From: Craspedostauros australis
Taxonomy: Eukaryota
Direction of reading: 5' to 3'
NCBI GenBank assembly: GCA_030167865.1
Contig: JALAGF010006552.1
Span: 1 to 64,000 of the forward strand
DNA: 64,000 bases
In this document: positions 60,958-64,000 of the stretch, in pieces
Position numbering within the stretch: position 1 is the first letter of the stretch
Layout: the number at the start of each line of letters is the position of its first letter
Translations under genes and position numbers: made by a program
The notes under the pieces: model-generated
Seen by the model: the letters and a program-made list of their open reading frames with translations, nothing else
Told to the model about the DNA's origin: nothing
Databases searched by the model: none

Positions 60958-63900
60958 CTAGGAATTGGACGCCGTCTCCTGCATTTCGAACGCTCTCGCC
61001 ACCAACAACGACACGGCCGGAGTTTGTCGCAGCAACGATGCCGAGATTTCCATCCGCTGCGACGGATCCGTTCTGTGGCGGAACATCCGCACCAAACTCC
61101 TGTCCGCGAATGCCCGGCTCGACGTCAGGGCCAGCAGTTCAGTGTGCATGTCGCCCACGACCTGGTACAGAACCTCCGAGTCGATGAAGTTGTCTCCGAT
61201 CGCCTGGAATCGCCGGTTGCCAAACCGTGTCTTGGTTTGCTGGCAGCACACCACGTATCCGATCTTCTCGCGTCCGGGAGCGAGGTTCTCAAAGATCTCC
61301 AGGTAGTCGCATACACTGGCGGCGAAGGCTTCGGATTCTTCCGCCATCCCAGCGACCGTCTTCATGATGCGATCGTACCCCTCGCGTTCGTACACGTCGA
61401 ATGTCAGCACGTCGCTGCGGTTGACATCGCGCGCGGTGATGGACTTCGGGGTTCCGCTGTGGTTGCTGCCGTCATCGTTCTCATCCGACCTGCCGTACAT
61501 CTTCGAGGCAAGGTTCACCACGGAAGCGATCTTCGTCACGGGCCGTTCGCTCGTTTGGATGCGAAAGTCACGGTCCAAGTTCGGCACATTGTTGTTGATA
61601 TCGTCACCGTCCGATCGCAAATCGTCCAGCTTGGTCACGAAGGATCCGACGAAGAAGGCTGTGATCAGATTCAGCATGATGGACACCGCCACCAGATTGG
61701 CCACGACAAAGAACGGGTACACGATGAACGGGCTGGAGAATCGATCCGCGTACAAGAAGACCTCTGCCATGGCAGGCCAATCGTTCATCACGATGATGTT
61801 GAAGAACGCCACGAGTCCCTCGCCGTAGCTGTTGAAGTTGTTGAGGTAGTACAAAGGCGTGAGGTCCATATTCGTTGCCAACACTTCCGTGTCAATTGCG
61901 CCGCCCCACAGCACCATGCCGAAGTAAACGAAGATATGCATGCACGTCAGCATGAGGAATAGCGGCCCCGCGAGCGCCGGGAAGACATCCGAGCTGCGTC
62001 GCACCACATCGCGGAAGATGGGGAAGAAACGCATCACTCGAATCATGTCAATTGCACGCCCGAGGAGGATATAATCCACCGCGAGACCGTACGACTCGAC
62101 CCAGAACAGACCGATTCCATACAGCGACACCAAGGCCGCGCAGAATGCAAGCCCATCAAAAACGCTGTTCAGTCGCGTGATGGGCGCAAAATTGGAACAT
62201 CGGAGCGGATTGAAGCGGATGATCAGCTCCAGAAAACCAAGGATCGTGATCACGGAGCCGGCCCAGAGTATGATCTGATCGAACCACACAGCTTCGAATG
62301 CCGACGTGAGAAGGACGACGTAAATGAAGTTCAGCACGGCGACAACGACAGCGATGAGCTCTGTGACCATGGCGAAGGTGCTGTTAGAACGCGATGTCCG
62401 AATGGACGCGTTCAGCGCCTGTCGTATCTTGGTTCGGAACGTGGCGTAGTCGATGGATCCAACATGGTCAGGATCGATGATGTCCACCAACGCTTTGACC
62501 TGCGAAGTTATGGTTCGAGCCGTTGTTATCGTTGTTGTCGTATTGTTTGCATTGTCGGATCACGATGACCGATGACGGACAAGCAAGGATGATGGTGAAT
62601 GAATGAATAAATGGATGAGGGAAGGGGATAGATAGATGGCGCAAGTGTCCATGGATTGGCGCAAATCATTTGTAAGTATGGATATCACATACTGCAGTAC
62701 TCTACTGGAGTATGTCCCGTGCAAATTGAGGTTCAAGCTCTCCATAGTATCAACAGCAACAGAAACTGCAACAGGAACGCAACATTCTCCCATGCACACC
62801 TCCCACATAAGACGACGACGACGGCGACCTACCTTGGCGGAACTGTAGTGCGGACGCACGATCTGCAAGGTCTTGCGCACGCTCGCTACGTTGATCCGAT
62901 TCTCGTTTTGGAACTCCGCAGCCGCGAGCGCCGCGAAGGACAGTCGGATCGCCTCTTCCCGATCGGCAGCAGGCCGTGCATGGATTTCGGACGCCGCCTG
63001 GATGTAGGTCTGGAACACGACCGACAGGACCAAGGAATGCAGGTAAAAGACCGCGACGACGATGAAGAAGACGAAGAAGAAGGCCGATGTGCGCGACGCC
63101 TTGTACATTGGCATCCACAGCGAGGGGTTGATGACCGTGGTGGAGAGCTCGAAGAGGGACAGCCAGGCCATGGACAAGTTTTCAAAACTGGCGTAGCCAT
63201 GGAACATGCGGCATGCAACGGCGGCGAAGCCGAGGATGAGGAAGACCTCGATGAGGAGAACTCGCGAGACGATGCCCCCAATCCTCCAGACTGCCTCGCA
63301 GGCCTCCTGCGCCTTGGAGCTGACGTAGAAGAAGACCAGCGGCTTGAAGAGCGCCGTGAGGAGCTGGGGGTATCGATCGTGAGGTGCGATGACGTACCAG
63401 AACCAGCTCTCCAATCCGAGCAGCACGAGGAAGAGGATCATGGGACGTATGAGACTGGCCCTGGCTGCCGCGTTGGGCGTGACGTGATCGCTGCCGCGGA
63501 TCTCATCCCGCATGCGGATGTCGGCGATGAAGATGACGATGGCCCACGTGTGGAGCCACGCCGACAGCAATCGGTTCTGGGTGTGTGCGTAGAAGAGCAA
63601 GAGGATTGCGATGGACAATCCCAGCCACCGCCACGTCCACGACATGCAGATTCTGTATAGCTGCAGCTGCGATGGTGTGATGTAGTGAAAGTTCTGCGAC
63701 ATCGTGGGTGGCCGACCTGCCTCGTAGTCCTTCAAGAAGTACGCTGCGATTATGGTGGCCTTTCCCAACGAGAGTTGAGTGAAGTGTGACTTGGACGGCT
63801 CATCTTCGAAGATGTCGTGGAGCGAGACCGACCGTGTGCTGGCCTGATGATGGCTGTCGCCGAAGTGCTTGTCGCTGCTGAGGATGGAAGCCGTGTTTCC

Positions 63901-64000
63901 GCCATTGCTCTTTCTGGCATCTGCCGCATGGAGTGGGTGATCCTTCTTGTGAAGGTGTGCATTGGCATTCGCGTACATGCTGCCTTGCGCATCCTCCGGT
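60958..64000 (-). CDS. Two-pore channel (TPC-like, 2x6TM with EF-hand linker), 5' end truncated by the window edge
   Basis: Exons are >64000-62833 and 62499-60958. Pore I is FENLSMAWLSLFELSTTVINPSLWMP, the EF-hand is DPDHVGSIDYATF, and pore II is NNFNSYGEGLVAFFNIIVMNDW. The frame stays open to the window end. Confidence 0.88.

Overview
This window is eukaryotic nuclear DNA, not prokaryotic. It most likely comes from a diatom or another photosynthetic stramenopile. The inference rests on GT-AG introns, a bipartite plastid-targeting presequence, a diatom-type GPCR and a COG3899-like STAND ATPase. I find 19 protein-coding genes and reconstructed 12 introns by eye (173-742 nt), all phase-consistent. 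In order they are: GT61, an RRM protein, an FHA-WDR70 fusion, a PH-CAMK kinase ending in CaaX, a STAND ATPase, LITAF, a plastid SAP-HAT protein, a GPCR, a TM-PH protein, V-ATPase E, a membrane-anchored GH38, TMCO4/DUF726, a GT92-like protein, DNMT2, an AAA_28 NTPase, a solo VASt protein, an Ady2/SatP transporter, a glyoxalase-II-like MBL and a two-pore channel that runs off the right edge. The first 1230 nt form a non-autonomous TIR DNA transposon with symmetric arrays of palindromic 29-bp repeats, and part of it is duplicated across an N gap. The best leads are this element, a PAS-like C-terminal module on the two-pore channel, the SAP-HAT plastid protein, the effector-less STAND ATPase, and a CGTGACGA motif upstream of five plus-strand genes. 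I found no tRNA, rRNA or CRISPR array and no convincing multi-gene novel system. All family calls come from motif recognition, and no database searches were run.
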